Positions 9,660-17,717 of a DNA stretch of 64,000 bases are shown here, in pieces. This DNA is from an uncultured Candidatus Saccharibacteria bacterium (GTDB lineage Bacteria; Patescibacteriota; JAUYIX01; CAYMIK01), in the NCBI GenBank assembly GCA_964390745.1, contig CAYMIK010000002.1:26866-90865 (forward strand), in the 5' to 3' direction. The notes under the pieces are model-generated. The model was given only the letters and a program-made list of their open reading frames with translations. It searched no databases and had not been told where the DNA came from. Position numbers and translations under genes: made by a program. The first letter of the stretch is position 1; each line of letters begins with the position of its first letter.

Positions 9660-11114
9660 CTAGCGAATATTTCGTAGGTGTTTTTGGTTTTGGAGCACAT
9701 GGAAGATGCTTCCAAACATCGCAAGGAGAATCCAGTACAGCGTTGTGTTTTGGTAGAGATTATCAAAAAAACTCACGAACATCATGCCTAATGTCTCAGC
9801 GAGAATAAGGTACACAAGTACTCGCTCCTTTTGTGACGAGGCTCTTTTGAGATATAAGATAACCTCCGAAGAAAGCATTGCGAAAAAACCAATGAACGCG
9901 GCAAGGCCTGCGACCCCAAGTTCTACAAGAAGCTTCAGGTAGTCGTTGTGCGCATCAAACGATGTGTTGATTTCGTTTTCAGCAAACTGAATAAAGGTTC
10001 CGCCGCCGTAGCCTTTCAGAAGATGTTCTTGTGCGGGTCCGAGAATAGCATTCCAAAACTGGAATCTCCAGGTAACAGAGGTATCGGGGTTTAATTGGGC
10101 TGTTTGTAAAAGCCTTGAGACGATCGATATTTGAGTTGGTTGAAATGACGTATAGGCCTGCAGGAAAAGCCCAAGGGCGACTACGGCAAAAAGAGTGCCA
10201 AATGCCAACACCGTGAGTCGTGCAAAGTGTTCACGAAAGAAAACTATACTCAAAAGAGCTACGCCAATTACCGCGTAACCCCAGCCAGCACGCGAGAACG
10301 TAAAGACCAGCAAAAATCCGTAAAAGAGAAACAGCACGCCGTAGGTTCGTTTATACAACGGAAAAAGAACCATGAGTGCCAGAGCAAGAATCATCAGGGC
10401 TGCAAGGTAGTGGCCAAAGAGTGATGGGTGAGCAAAGGTTCCGAGAATTCGATTGCTGCTGGCTTCATCGGCGAGACCTGTTTTGGTAATGAGCTGATAC
10501 AAACCAATCACCACGGGGGAGATGGAAGAAGCAAAGATGGCCGTAGTTATCGTGCGCACGTCGTGCAGATTTTTGGTGAATTCAAAGCCAAGCAAAAAGA
10601 TAACAACGTAGCTTGCAATACGTATGGTTTCGCCAAAAACGGTTATTGGATCGCGGGTAAAAATAATTGAAGCAAGTGTTGCCAAAACCAAAAGAGCGAG
10701 TGGATAAAAAACAGGAATGCGGAAAACGCGCGTACGTTTGTACAAAAGATAAAATATGCCCCAGCCAACAACGAAGATTCCAAAGATCGCATTGAGGTTA
10801 ATAATGAGAACATTTTGAATATTGAATGAAACGCGCTGTCCCAGCATGTCGATGAGCGGACGCGCAATAAGAAGGGCGATAAATCCAGCTTTTGGGCGCA
10901 CCACAAAAAGTGGCGCAATGAGTACCACGGCAAATGCTGACAAGATCTTTAAGATGTCAGCGTTGACTATAATGAGCACGGTGGCAACGATAGTTCCCAG
11001 AAGAACCAGCATTGCCGCAAAAAATTGTGACTGGCGCGTGGTAAGGCTTTGTGACACTAGATTCTTTTTACAGATAACGTATAATGCGGATATGAGGATT
11101 TTGCATGCCAACAA
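9660..11114 (-). CDS. O-antigen ligase / Wzy-type polysaccharide polymerase (Wzy_C)
   Basis: FTFSRAGWGYAVIGVALL and DAHNDYLKLLVELGVAGL motifs, with 10-12 TM helices. Confidence 0.75.
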   Translation of the reverse strand: MLACKILISALYVICKKNLVSQSLTTRQSQFFAAMLVLLGTIVATVLIIVNADILKILSAFAVVLIAPLFVVRPKAGFIALLIARPLIDMLGQRVSFNIQNVLIINLNAIFGIFVVGWGIFYLLYKRTRVFRIPVFYPLALLVLATLASIIFTRDPITVFGETIRIASYVVIFLLGFEFTKNLHDVRTITTAIFASSISPVVIGLYQLITKTGLADEASSNRILGTFAHPSLFGHYLAALMILALALMVLFPLYKRTYGVLFLFYGFLLVFTFSRAGWGYAVIGVALLSIVFFREHFARLTVLAFGTLFAVVALGLFLQAYTSFQPTQISIVSRLLQTAQLNPDTSVTWRFQFWNAILGPAQEHLLKGYGGGTFIQFAENEINTSFDAHNDYLKLLVELGVAGLAAFIGFFAMLSSEVILYLKRASSQKERVLVYLILAETLGMMFVSFFDNLYQNTTLYWILLAMFGSIFHVLQNQKHLRNIR

Positions 11115-12324
11115 GTTTTATTTTCCAAAGCGGGGAGCGGACCGCATCTTTTTTAATTTGACCGAACTCTTAGAAAGGCACGGCCACGAAGTGATTCCGT
11201 TCTCCATGCAGCACCCAAAAAATCTGAAGTCAAATTTTAGAGAATATTTCGTAAGCCAGGTGCACTTTGAAAATCCTACTACCATTATAGAGAAATTTCG
11301 CGTCTTGGGAAGGATGATGTACTCATTTGAAGCGCGCCGTAAACTTTCAGCGCTTCTCGATGCGTATCCGTGTGATATTGCACACCTCGAAACCATCTAT
11401 CATCAGATCTCACCTTCCATTTTGAGCGTCATGAAAAAACGTGGTATGCCGATTGTTATGACTGTTCACGACTACAAGCTCATGTGCCCAAACTACAAAA
11501 TGTACACGCAAGACGCGGTGTGTGAGCGATGCTTCAAGCACAAGTACTACAATGCCGTAACGCATAAGTGTATCCAAAATAGTAGCATTGCTTCGGTGCC
11601 CGTGATGCTTGAAATGTACTTCCACAAAATCATGAAGTTTTACGAACGATACGTTGACGTCTTCTTGGCATCGAGCGAGTTCATGAAGAACAAGTTGGTT
11701 CAGTGGGGTTTTGACGAGAAAAAAGTGCTTGTTTTGAACAACTTTATTGACACCTCATTTTTTACGGCTGGCAAACAGGACCAGGGCTACTTCTTATTCT
11801 CTGGTGGACTTGAAGTTGAGAAGGGCGTTCTTACTATTGCGCGAGCAGTGAAGAAGTCTAAGAAGCTCCGCGTTGTTTTTACGGGTACGGGTAACCTTGA
11901 AAAGTATCTGCATGAATTCGTTGAGAAGAATAGCTTGCATCATCAGATTGAGTTTCGAGGATTTGTTGAGCGCGAAGAAACGCGACGACTCCTTCAGAAC
12001 TGCACTGCGCTCTTGGCACCCTCTGAGTGGTACGATAACAACCCACTCACTATCATTGAAGCAACGGCCTGTGGCAAGCCAGTTATTGGTACGGAAATAG
12101 GTGGGATTCCTGAGTTGATTGAAGATGGGAAAACGGGATTCGTTATCAAGCCCGGTGACCATATTGCACTTGCATCGCTCATGGAACGTTTGGCGATGAA
12201 TCACTCCGAAGCCGCTGCAATGGGCCGAAGAGCACTTCGAAACTCCACGCGATTTTCGCCCGAAAAGCACTACAACGCCGTTATGTCGGTCTATAACGAT
12301 CTCTTGGCCAAGAAGGCTACGTAA
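11092..12324 (+). CDS. Glycosyltransferase family 4 (GT-B fold)
   Basis: MRILHANKFYFPKRGADRIF N-terminus. C-terminal EWYDNNPLTIIEATACGKPVIGTEIGGIPELIEDGKTGF (E-x7-E GT4 motif). The ORF-track start at 10822 is an antisense-overlap artefact. Confidence 0.85.
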   Translation: MRILHANKFYFPKRGADRIFFNLTELLERHGHEVIPFSMQHPKNLKSNFREYFVSQVHFENPTTIIEKFRVLGRMMYSFEARRKLSALLDAYPCDIAHLETIYHQISPSILSVMKKRGMPIVMTVHDYKLMCPNYKMYTQDAVCERCFKHKYYNAVTHKCIQNSSIASVPVMLEMYFHKIMKFYERYVDVFLASSEFMKNKLVQWGFDEKKVLVLNNFIDTSFFTAGKQDQGYFLFSGGLEVEKGVLTIARAVKKSKKLRVVFTGTGNLEKYLHEFVEKNSLHHQIEFRGFVEREETRRLLQNCTALLAPSEWYDNNPLTIIEATACGKPVIGTEIGGIPELIEDGKTGFVIKPGDHIALASLMERLAMNHSEAAAMGRRALRNSTRFSPEKHYNAVMSVYNDLLAKKAT

Positions 12325-12355
12325 GCGCTTCACGGGGCATTTTTAGGGCACGGTC

Positions 12356-12384
12356 TTGACAAAAACTCCATAGTACTGTATTCT
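12356..12384 (+). promoter_or_regulatory. Sigma70-like promoter TTGACA-17-TATTCT
   Basis: ttgaca at 12356-12361, 17-nt spacer, tattct at 12379-12384, upstream of the GT4 gene at 12438. Confidence 0.4.
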
Positions 12385-12437
12385 ACATGGCTTTCTCTCG
12401 AACTCGCCTCATTATTTGAATTTCTCCCAAACCTTGT

Positions 12438-13586
12438 ATGAAAATCGCTTTTATAGGCCAAAAAGGAATACCAGCAACTTACGGTGGCATTGAACGCTAC
12501 GTAGAGGAGCTTTCAACGCGACTTGCTGATCGTGGCCACGCGGTGTGGGTATATGTTCGAAACTACTACACGCCAGGAACCGACACGATCTACAAAGGTG
12601 TGTATCTTGTTCGAATTCCTACCATCCGCTCAAAGCACTTGGACACCCTTGTGCATGTATTTTTGAGTACGCTCGACCTTATTCGTCGAGATGTAGATAT
12701 TATCTATGTTCATGCGGTTGGTCCTTCGGCGCTGATTCCGTTGATGCGACTTTTGAAGCCGAGGGCGAAAGTTATTTCCGTGTTTCAATCGCGCGATGAT
12801 CTCCATGCGAAATGGGGAAGGTTTGCACGGTTCTGTTTGCGAATTGGAACCTGGTTTGCATGTAAGATGCCACACGCAACAGTTACGAGCAGCAAGATTC
12901 TTCACCAGTATGCCATGGAAAAATATCATGCTGACACCGTTCAGATTTATAACGGCGCACCGTCACCAAAAGAACTGCATGGCAATGAAATGGAACAAAA
13001 ACTTGGAATTACCCAGGGTTCGTATTTCTTGATGGTCACTCGATTTGTTCGACACAAGAACATTCACAAAGTTATTCGTGCGTTTAAGAACCTGAAAACC
13101 GACAAGAAGCTTGTTATTGCGGGCGGTGCGGTGTATACGGATAAGTACTACCAAGAGATTCAGGAACTCGCAAAGGGTGACGACCGTATTATTTTGCCAG
13201 GTGTTGTCTCGGGAAACAATTTGTGGGAACTCTATCAAAAGGCATATGCCTTCGTTCAGGCTTCTGGAAGTGAAGGTATGCCACTTGCCGTTTTGGAAGC
13301 TATGTCCTTTGGATGTGGAATTATCGCGAGTGATATTAAAGAGCACTACGAAGTTCTCGAAGAAGCTGCGCTCTACTTTGATGTAAACAGCGTTAGTGAA
13401 CTTACGGCATTGATGGGCCTGGCACTCACGCAGCCACAATCATTGTTTGAAAAAGGAACATTGGCTCGACAACGTGCACGAAACGTCTTTAGCTGGGAAC
13501 GAATTACGGATCAGGTTGAATGGCTTTTTGAAACCGTCATCAACGATCCAGAATCTGTAAAAGTCTTCTCAGAGAAGATTCGATAA
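12438..13586 (+). CDS. Glycosyltransferase family 4
   Basis: MKIAFIGQKGIPATYGGIERYVEEL N-terminus. C-terminal ASGSEGMPLAVLEAMSFGCGIIASD. Confidence 0.85.
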   Translation: MKIAFIGQKGIPATYGGIERYVEELSTRLADRGHAVWVYVRNYYTPGTDTIYKGVYLVRIPTIRSKHLDTLVHVFLSTLDLIRRDVDIIYVHAVGPSALIPLMRLLKPRAKVISVFQSRDDLHAKWGRFARFCLRIGTWFACKMPHATVTSSKILHQYAMEKYHADTVQIYNGAPSPKELHGNEMEQKLGITQGSYFLMVTRFVRHKNIHKVIRAFKNLKTDKKLVIAGGAVYTDKYYQEIQELAKGDDRIILPGVVSGNNLWELYQKAYAFVQASGSEGMPLAVLEAMSFGCGIIASDIKEHYEVLEEAALYFDVNSVSELTALMGLALTQPQSLFEKGTLARQRARNVFSWERITDQVEWLFETVINDPESVKVFSEKIR

Positions 13587-13600
13587 TAGAACTGATGCAT

Positions 13601-13627
13601 AAAACTGGCGCACAAGCGCCAGTTTTA
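13601..13627. terminator. Bidirectional intrinsic terminator between convergent genes
   Basis: aaaactggcgc-acaa-gcgccagtttt is a perfect 7-bp GC-rich stem flanked by an A-run and a T-run. It abuts the stop of the 1314-aa gene. Confidence 0.7.
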
Positions 13628-13629
13628 TT

Positions 13630-16600
13630 TTAGTAGTAGTCTGTAATTTGAACGCCGGTGTAGTAGTGCTGCAAGATTTGCGTGTAACTTCGGCCTTCGT
13701 TGGCTTGTTGTAGTGCGCCGTATCCCGAGAGGCCTACGCCGTGGCCATTCATTGGGCCAGGACTTGACCAGTGATCATCAACGGAAACGAGGTAAGGGTA
13801 TGCACCGGGAGTTCCGCCCCAGACTTCTTGGTAGCTTCTGGTTCTGCCATCACTTCGAGAGAAGTATGGAGTCAGCGCAATGGCACTGCGATAGGTAACC
13901 ATCTGGCCCTTTGTCTCATTTACTGCCTGAACGATGTGAGGCGAGCGTGATTCAAGACCATAGCCTTTGTACACCTGATCGCCAGAAGTGTTGTTGAGGT
14001 CAAAGTGTTCGTTTGCGTGCTTGCCACCGCGTTGAACATTGTAGTACGCGTACGTTCGTTCCGCGACGGACATGGTCTTGAGGTGTGTGTAGGTAGTGCT
14101 ATCACTTTGTTCGGCGATACCTTTGAGGTAGTCTTCCATCTTAAGTTCGTTGATTGCCCAGAAGTTTCCCGTAGAGCCACTTCGCCATGCCAATATGTTT
14201 CCTCGGAAGGTGTTGTCATCAAGTGACGTGTTGAAGCCTGGATGGTCGTGGTAGTTATAAACCTTCAGGATAGTGCCCGTGTTTGGAATAAAACGAACAT
14301 AGTCGGTGGTGGTAACATTTACACCCGGTCCCGCCAAGCGATAATAACTATTTCCACCTTCAACGGTAACAGTTGCAACGTTGCCTGATGCAAATGTACC
14401 CAAAAGTGAACCATCGCCACCTTTCACGGCACGGAATGCGCCATTTCCGGAAACCTGTACCTGTGATAACGCGGCAATACCAATCTTTATTGTGGGCTCA
14501 GAAAGGGTAGAGCGAACATGAATACGAATCGTTCCGGTTGACGATGGCATCCAGGCAACACCTTGTGCGGTCAGCTTGAACTGTTCAGTATAGTCACCGG
14601 TAGTGTCAGGAGCTTGCAGATAGAAGGTGAATGTTCCCGTGGCGTTTGGTGCAACGGAGGTTGAGTCCATCACTGTAGGACGGTAGTAAGCTGGCCAACT
14701 GCTGTCTTCAAAAGTTGAGTGTCGGTTTGCTGGGTTGGTGGTTTGGAGTGAAACGTAGGCATCGCCCGTATTACTCCAGGTTCGTGTGCCGGTATTTTTG
14801 TAGTTGAAAGTAAACGATGTTCGGCTTCCAGGTGAAACGGTGATCTCCGTTGCTGTCTGGCTGGTAACTTGGCCGTTGTATCGTGGAGTTACGGTAATGT
14901 AGAAGTTCGTTGTCGTACTCAAGACCGTTTGACCGGCAGACTTCATATAGAAGCTTTCGGTATAACTGCCCACCATTTGATCTGGCGTATTGAGCCTGAA
15001 ATTGAATGTTGCCGAAGCACCTGGCACGACATCGTGATCAAGAATATCAACGGCACCCGCAGGCCACGTGATATCTTGGAATGGTGAAACGCGTCCGCCA
15101 GGAGCGGTATATAAACCATCGCCGGCATGCCAAGTCTCAGAACCAATATTTTTTATCGTCAAAGAGAGGTCGCGGGAAGCGTGATCTTCCATGATAATAG
15201 TTTCAGGAGACTTTGCGGTAATCTGTCCTTCATATGGATTCAAGGCGCGTACGGTCAGGTCAAAGCTTGTTCCCGCAATCCACGTAACATTTTCAGCAAC
15301 CGCTTGGAAGTATTCTTTGTAGGTCCCAGCAGTTTTTGGTGCCTTGATGGTGAAATCAAATTCACCAACTTGGCCTGGGCGAACCTCCGCTGTTGTCATG
15401 CGGCCCGGTCGGTAGGGGTATTCTGTCCAGGTGGCGGGATCTTTGATGGCGGAATTCTTCCCTGGAGGGTTGTTGACGTTCAAGGCAATAAAATTGCTTC
15501 CGCTGTTTTTCCAGGTTGCGCTTCCGGTATTCTTAATTCGAGCCGTAATCTCTTGTGTTTCGTTGACGTCGAGCGTTGGCCCTGGGGTAACAGAAACCAC
15601 CTCACCCTTGTATGGGCCAATAACATTCACGTGAAGTGTAAAGTGACTGCCGGTAATCCACGTAATGCCTTCCGAAACGGCCTGGAAGCCTTCGTTGTAG
15701 ACCTTGGTAGTGGTTGGTGCTTTCAGTATAAATTTAAAGTAACCCCATTCGCCCGGATTCAACGTGTCGGGACTGCTCAAGAGCGTTGGGCGATACGAAA
15801 GAGGCCAGCTTGCGCTGTCATAAAATGCCGAGCTTCTGCCCGCGGGATCTTGCAAGTTTAGGGCAACGAAGTTTGGTCCTGTTTTTGTCCATGCTCGAGT
15901 TCCGATATTTTTCATCCAGATAGCGACGGTGGTTTTTTGCCCGGGCGCAACGTCAATATTTCCGTCACCAGGAAGTTCGTCAATTTGAGCTTTGTAGCGA
16001 AGACTTACGTGAACGTGCAGTGTAAATTGGCTGCCATCAATCCAGGTGAGGCCGGATGCCACGAGTTTGAAAGTTTCATCGTAATCTGCTTCGAGGCCAC
16101 GTGAATCGCGCATCACAAAACTAAACGTTCCAATGCCTCCCGGTGGCACCGATGCTTCTTTGAGTTTGGCTGGGCGATACGATGCGAGCCAGCTGGAATC
16201 GTAGAAAACGGAGTTTCTATTTGCGGGGTCGGCTGTTTGTAAGACAACCGCATTGGGGCCTGAGTTGCTCCACAGTGCGTCACCGGTATTTTTGATCTTT
16301 ACGGTTACGGTGTGCCAGTTTTTATCCTCGAGGTTGACAAGGTCGGGGACACTGTTCAATTCGGCGGCGTACGGGTTGTAGTCTCCATGAGGTGTTGCGT
16401 TTATTGCAGCTTGTGCACCGTTTCGAATTTCCGCTACATCAGCATAAAGATCCGTTCCTGGACACGAGGTGTAGTCAACGTCACGATGTCCGATGACGCC
16501 TGGCATATTTCGATCAACAAAGTAGCTGACGGTTGTTGGATTAATATTGTTTTGAATTCCCTTGTACCCAATAAAATTGATGAGGGCATTTTTTGTCGCA

Positions 16601-17574
16601 GTAGTTACTGTGTCGTTGTCATAGTTTCCAAGGACAGATATGCCAATAGAACCAGGGTTGTAACTCACAGAGCTTCCGCCCGATTCTGTTCGGAGAGCGT
16701 GTGCGCCAATAACGCCGTTGCCACCATAGCGCCCTTCGTAAATATTTCCATGCTCGTCTGCGACGTAGTTGTAACCAATATCTCCCCAGCCACGTGTAAC
16801 GGCATGGTATCGATAAATCCCACGAATGACTGATGCTGGATCGCTTCCACCCTGAGCACCAGCAGTGTGATGGATGATAAACTTTTTAGGTGCGGAGTAT
16901 TGTGGTGTCCAGTCCATGATGGATTCATCAGCGCCCCACTCGGCACGGCTAATAACCCGCGGAGTCGTTACTGCGCCCTTTGTCTGTATAGAGCTGAAAT
17001 TCATTTGCGGACCTGGGCGAGAGTCGAGGTAGTGTGCCTGAATATCTGAAACGATAGGAGTAACGGCTTGATTGCTCGTTGAAAGCACTGCCTTGATAGC
17101 AAAACTTGTTGCACCGCTGCTGACAAAATTTAACTCGCTAAAGTGTTCCTTGGTATCTGGATCTTGCATGTCTTCGTTTTCTGGAAGCGGAAGCCAGTTG
17201 CTTGTCACACCATTTGCGGTGGTCTGCATATAAAAGCTTGCATGTGTTCCTTGCGGCTGATCAATCTTCCATGTAACGGCAAGTGCGTTAAAGTTGTAAT
17301 CTGCTTGCACTTGACCAGTGGTAAATTCATGACTTTGTTCAAATGCAGACCCATTTTTTGAAAGTTGCAGCGTCGTGTTTGTGGCTCGCGTGCTGATGCC
17401 CGAGCTCGAAGATCCACCGAAACCCAAAGAGACGTCACTCACGGAGTTGTTCTGCGGTGCGAGCGCAGCTTTTGCGGTATTGGCAAAATGAAAATTTCCT
17501 GCCAATGGAAGCATGGCAAGAATGGCAACGATACCAACGAGAGAGTATTTTGTTTTTTCGCTCCAAACTTTCAT
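13630..17574 (-). CDS. Secreted modular peptidoglycan hydrolase: signal peptide + N-acetylmuramoyl-L-alanine amidase (Amidase_2/PGRP) + 5-6 tandem Ig-like repeats + C-terminal SpoIID/LytB domain
   Basis: N-terminal LVGIVAILAMLPLAG signal. Amidase_2 region (AEWGADESIMDW...FIIHHTAG...GWGDIGYNYVAD...HRDVDYTSCPG). Repeats of ~115-130 aa each carry W.N.G...P..R.S.F.DSSW...YRP. The C-terminus matches SpoIID (ERTYAYYNV...YKGYG...GHGVGLSGYGA). Confidence 0.85.
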   Translation of the reverse strand: MKVWSEKTKYSLVGIVAILAMLPLAGNFHFANTAKAALAPQNNSVSDVSLGFGGSSSSGISTRATNTTLQLSKNGSAFEQSHEFTTGQVQADYNFNALAVTWKIDQPQGTHASFYMQTTANGVTSNWLPLPENEDMQDPDTKEHFSELNFVSSGATSFAIKAVLSTSNQAVTPIVSDIQAHYLDSRPGPQMNFSSIQTKGAVTTPRVISRAEWGADESIMDWTPQYSAPKKFIIHHTAGAQGGSDPASVIRGIYRYHAVTRGWGDIGYNYVADEHGNIYEGRYGGNGVIGAHALRTESGGSSVSYNPGSIGISVLGNYDNDTVTTATKNALINFIGYKGIQNNINPTTVSYFVDRNMPGVIGHRDVDYTSCPGTDLYADVAEIRNGAQAAINATPHGDYNPYAAELNSVPDLVNLEDKNWHTVTVKIKNTGDALWSNSGPNAVVLQTADPANRNSVFYDSSWLASYRPAKLKEASVPPGGIGTFSFVMRDSRGLEADYDETFKLVASGLTWIDGSQFTLHVHVSLRYKAQIDELPGDGNIDVAPGQKTTVAIWMKNIGTRAWTKTGPNFVALNLQDPAGRSSAFYDSASWPLSYRPTLLSSPDTLNPGEWGYFKFILKAPTTTKVYNEGFQAVSEGITWITGSHFTLHVNVIGPYKGEVVSVTPGPTLDVNETQEITARIKNTGSATWKNSGSNFIALNVNNPPGKNSAIKDPATWTEYPYRPGRMTTAEVRPGQVGEFDFTIKAPKTAGTYKEYFQAVAENVTWIAGTSFDLTVRALNPYEGQITAKSPETIIMEDHASRDLSLTIKNIGSETWHAGDGLYTAPGGRVSPFQDITWPAGAVDILDHDVVPGASATFNFRLNTPDQMVGSYTESFYMKSAGQTVLSTTTNFYITVTPRYNGQVTSQTATEITVSPGSRTSFTFNYKNTGTRTWSNTGDAYVSLQTTNPANRHSTFEDSSWPAYYRPTVMDSTSVAPNATGTFTFYLQAPDTTGDYTEQFKLTAQGVAWMPSSTGTIRIHVRSTLSEPTIKIGIAALSQVQVSGNGAFRAVKGGDGSLLGTFASGNVATVTVEGGNSYYRLAGPGVNVTTTDYVRFIPNTGTILKVYNYHDHPGFNTSLDDNTFRGNILAWRSGSTGNFWAINELKMEDYLKGIAEQSDSTTYTHLKTMSVAERTYAYYNVQRGGKHANEHFDLNNTSGDQVYKGYGLESRSPHIVQAVNETKGQMVTYRSAIALTPYFSRSDGRTRSYQEVWGGTPGAYPYLVSVDDHWSSPGPMNGHGVGLSGYGALQQANEGRSYTQILQHYYTGVQITDYY
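14400..16330 (-). repeat. Intragenic tandem repeats, period ~350-390 nt (5-6 copies), encoding the Ig-like modules
   Basis: Plus-strand landmarks ccggtattt at ~14797, ~15150, ~15517, ~15907 and ~16287. The corresponding protein repeats are ~30-40% identical. Confidence 0.6.
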
Positions 17575-17717
17575 TTTTGAGACTTTTGTTATTGACCATC
17601 AAGAAAACAGGTCGGTAGCAGCATTTCCCTTTGAATCAACCTTGACGCCAAGAATTGTGAGTTTTATTTGTGCATGTTATAATCAGTGCTGCTACGAGCT
17701 GAAATACACAAACAAAA

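Noticed and set aside
10822-11091. N-terminal 90 codons of the ORF-track entry 10822..12324
   Set aside because: They run antisense through the Wzy-like gene (9660..11114) with a TTG-type pseudo-start. The genuine GT4 N-terminus (MRILHANKFYFPKRG) begins at the ATG at 11092.
15127-16833. Plus-strand ORFs of 244 and 173 aa
   Set aside because: They lie entirely inside and antisense to the 1314-aa hydrolase gene, which has strong domain evidence.
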